This document shows, piece by piece, positions 31,791 through 32,000 of a stretch of DNA of 32,000 nt. The translations under genes and the position numbers were made by a program. Each line of letters begins with the position of its first letter. The stretch's first letter is position 1. This DNA is from Nanobdellota archaeon (GTDB lineage Archaea; Nanobdellota; Nanobdellia; Woesearchaeales; SM23-78): positions 13,270 through 45,269 of the forward strand of contig JBBSWA010000031.1 of the NCBI GenBank assembly GCA_038046485.1, in the 5' to 3' direction. Under the pieces are notes generated by a model that was not told where the DNA came from, did no database searches, and saw nothing but the letters and a program-made list of their open reading frames with translations.

Positions 31791-32000
31791 ATGAAGGATA
31801 TTACCCCTAAAATTGTTGAGCTGTTTCATCAAGGTTATGCGACGCCGCAGATCGCTCGCATTGCGAAAAAACTAGGCCAACCGGCGACGACCATTCATTA
31901 TAACATTAAGAAACTTGAGAAAGAAGCCATCAAAGCCTACAAGGCTGTCTTTGACTACAAAAAAATCGGACAAGGATTTTGCACCTGCTGTGTTGCATAA
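31791..32000 (+). CDS. Lrp/AsnC-type HTH protein; short form, or truncated by a stop at the window edge
   Basis: 'ATPQIARIAKKLGQPATTIHYNIKKLEKEAIKAYKAVFDYKKIG' is an HTH_AsnC pattern. I prefer the ATG at 31791 (MKDITPK...) over the track start at 31731. A TAA lies at 31998-32000, before any RAM/ligand domain. Confidence 0.6.
   Translation: MKDITPKIVELFHQGYATPQIARIAKKLGQPATTIHYNIKKLEKEAIKAYKAVFDYKKIGQGFCTCCVA

Noticed and set aside
1-32000. CRISPR arrays, integrases/transposases/recombinases, toxin-antitoxin or restriction-modification signatures
   Set aside because: I saw no regularly spaced direct repeats. None of the ORF translations shows recombinase (tyrosine/serine), DDE, nuclease-methylase or classical toxin motifs by eye. 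The island at 23.4-29.4 kb therefore has no visible mobility gene.

Overview
Archaeal chromosomal segment. The domain call rests on eS4, eL32, eL19, aSUI1, RNase P protein Rpp29 and an Sm-like protein; the lineage cannot be determined from sequence alone. Layout: (1) a 5S rRNA at the left edge. (2) About 6.5 kb of mixed housekeeping and orphan genes: VOC/glyoxalase, class I/II aminotransferase, PAP2 phosphatase, NOL1/NOP2/Sun RNA methyltransferase, two small wHTH proteins, a divergent PEP/pyruvate-binding-like protein and an orphan. (3) A 14-kb tightly coupled ribosomal-protein superoperon, uL3 through uL15 then SecY (6795-20787). It is preceded by a long structured leader and interrupted by a lysine-free orphan ORF between uL15 and SecY. 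(4) An accessory right third. It holds a MITE-like non-coding element, two secreted tyrosine-rich proteins (one frameshifted), and a 6-kb island bracketed by inverted copies of a ~100-bp promoter-like module. The island carries an intact bacterial-type TonB-dependent receptor. Further right are a CDP-alcohol phosphatidyltransferase with an overlapping or frameshifted 5' ORF, and a micro-ORF / 279-aa orphan / LOG-like operon. First genes of transcription units typically have a TTTAAA(A/T)A-type box about 25-30 nt upstream of the ATG, which suggests leaderless mRNAs. Internal operon genes use ATGA overlaps or short GGAG-like sites. By eye I found no CRISPR array, integrase, transposase or tRNA. 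All function calls come from motif recognition in the supplied translations; no database search was possible.
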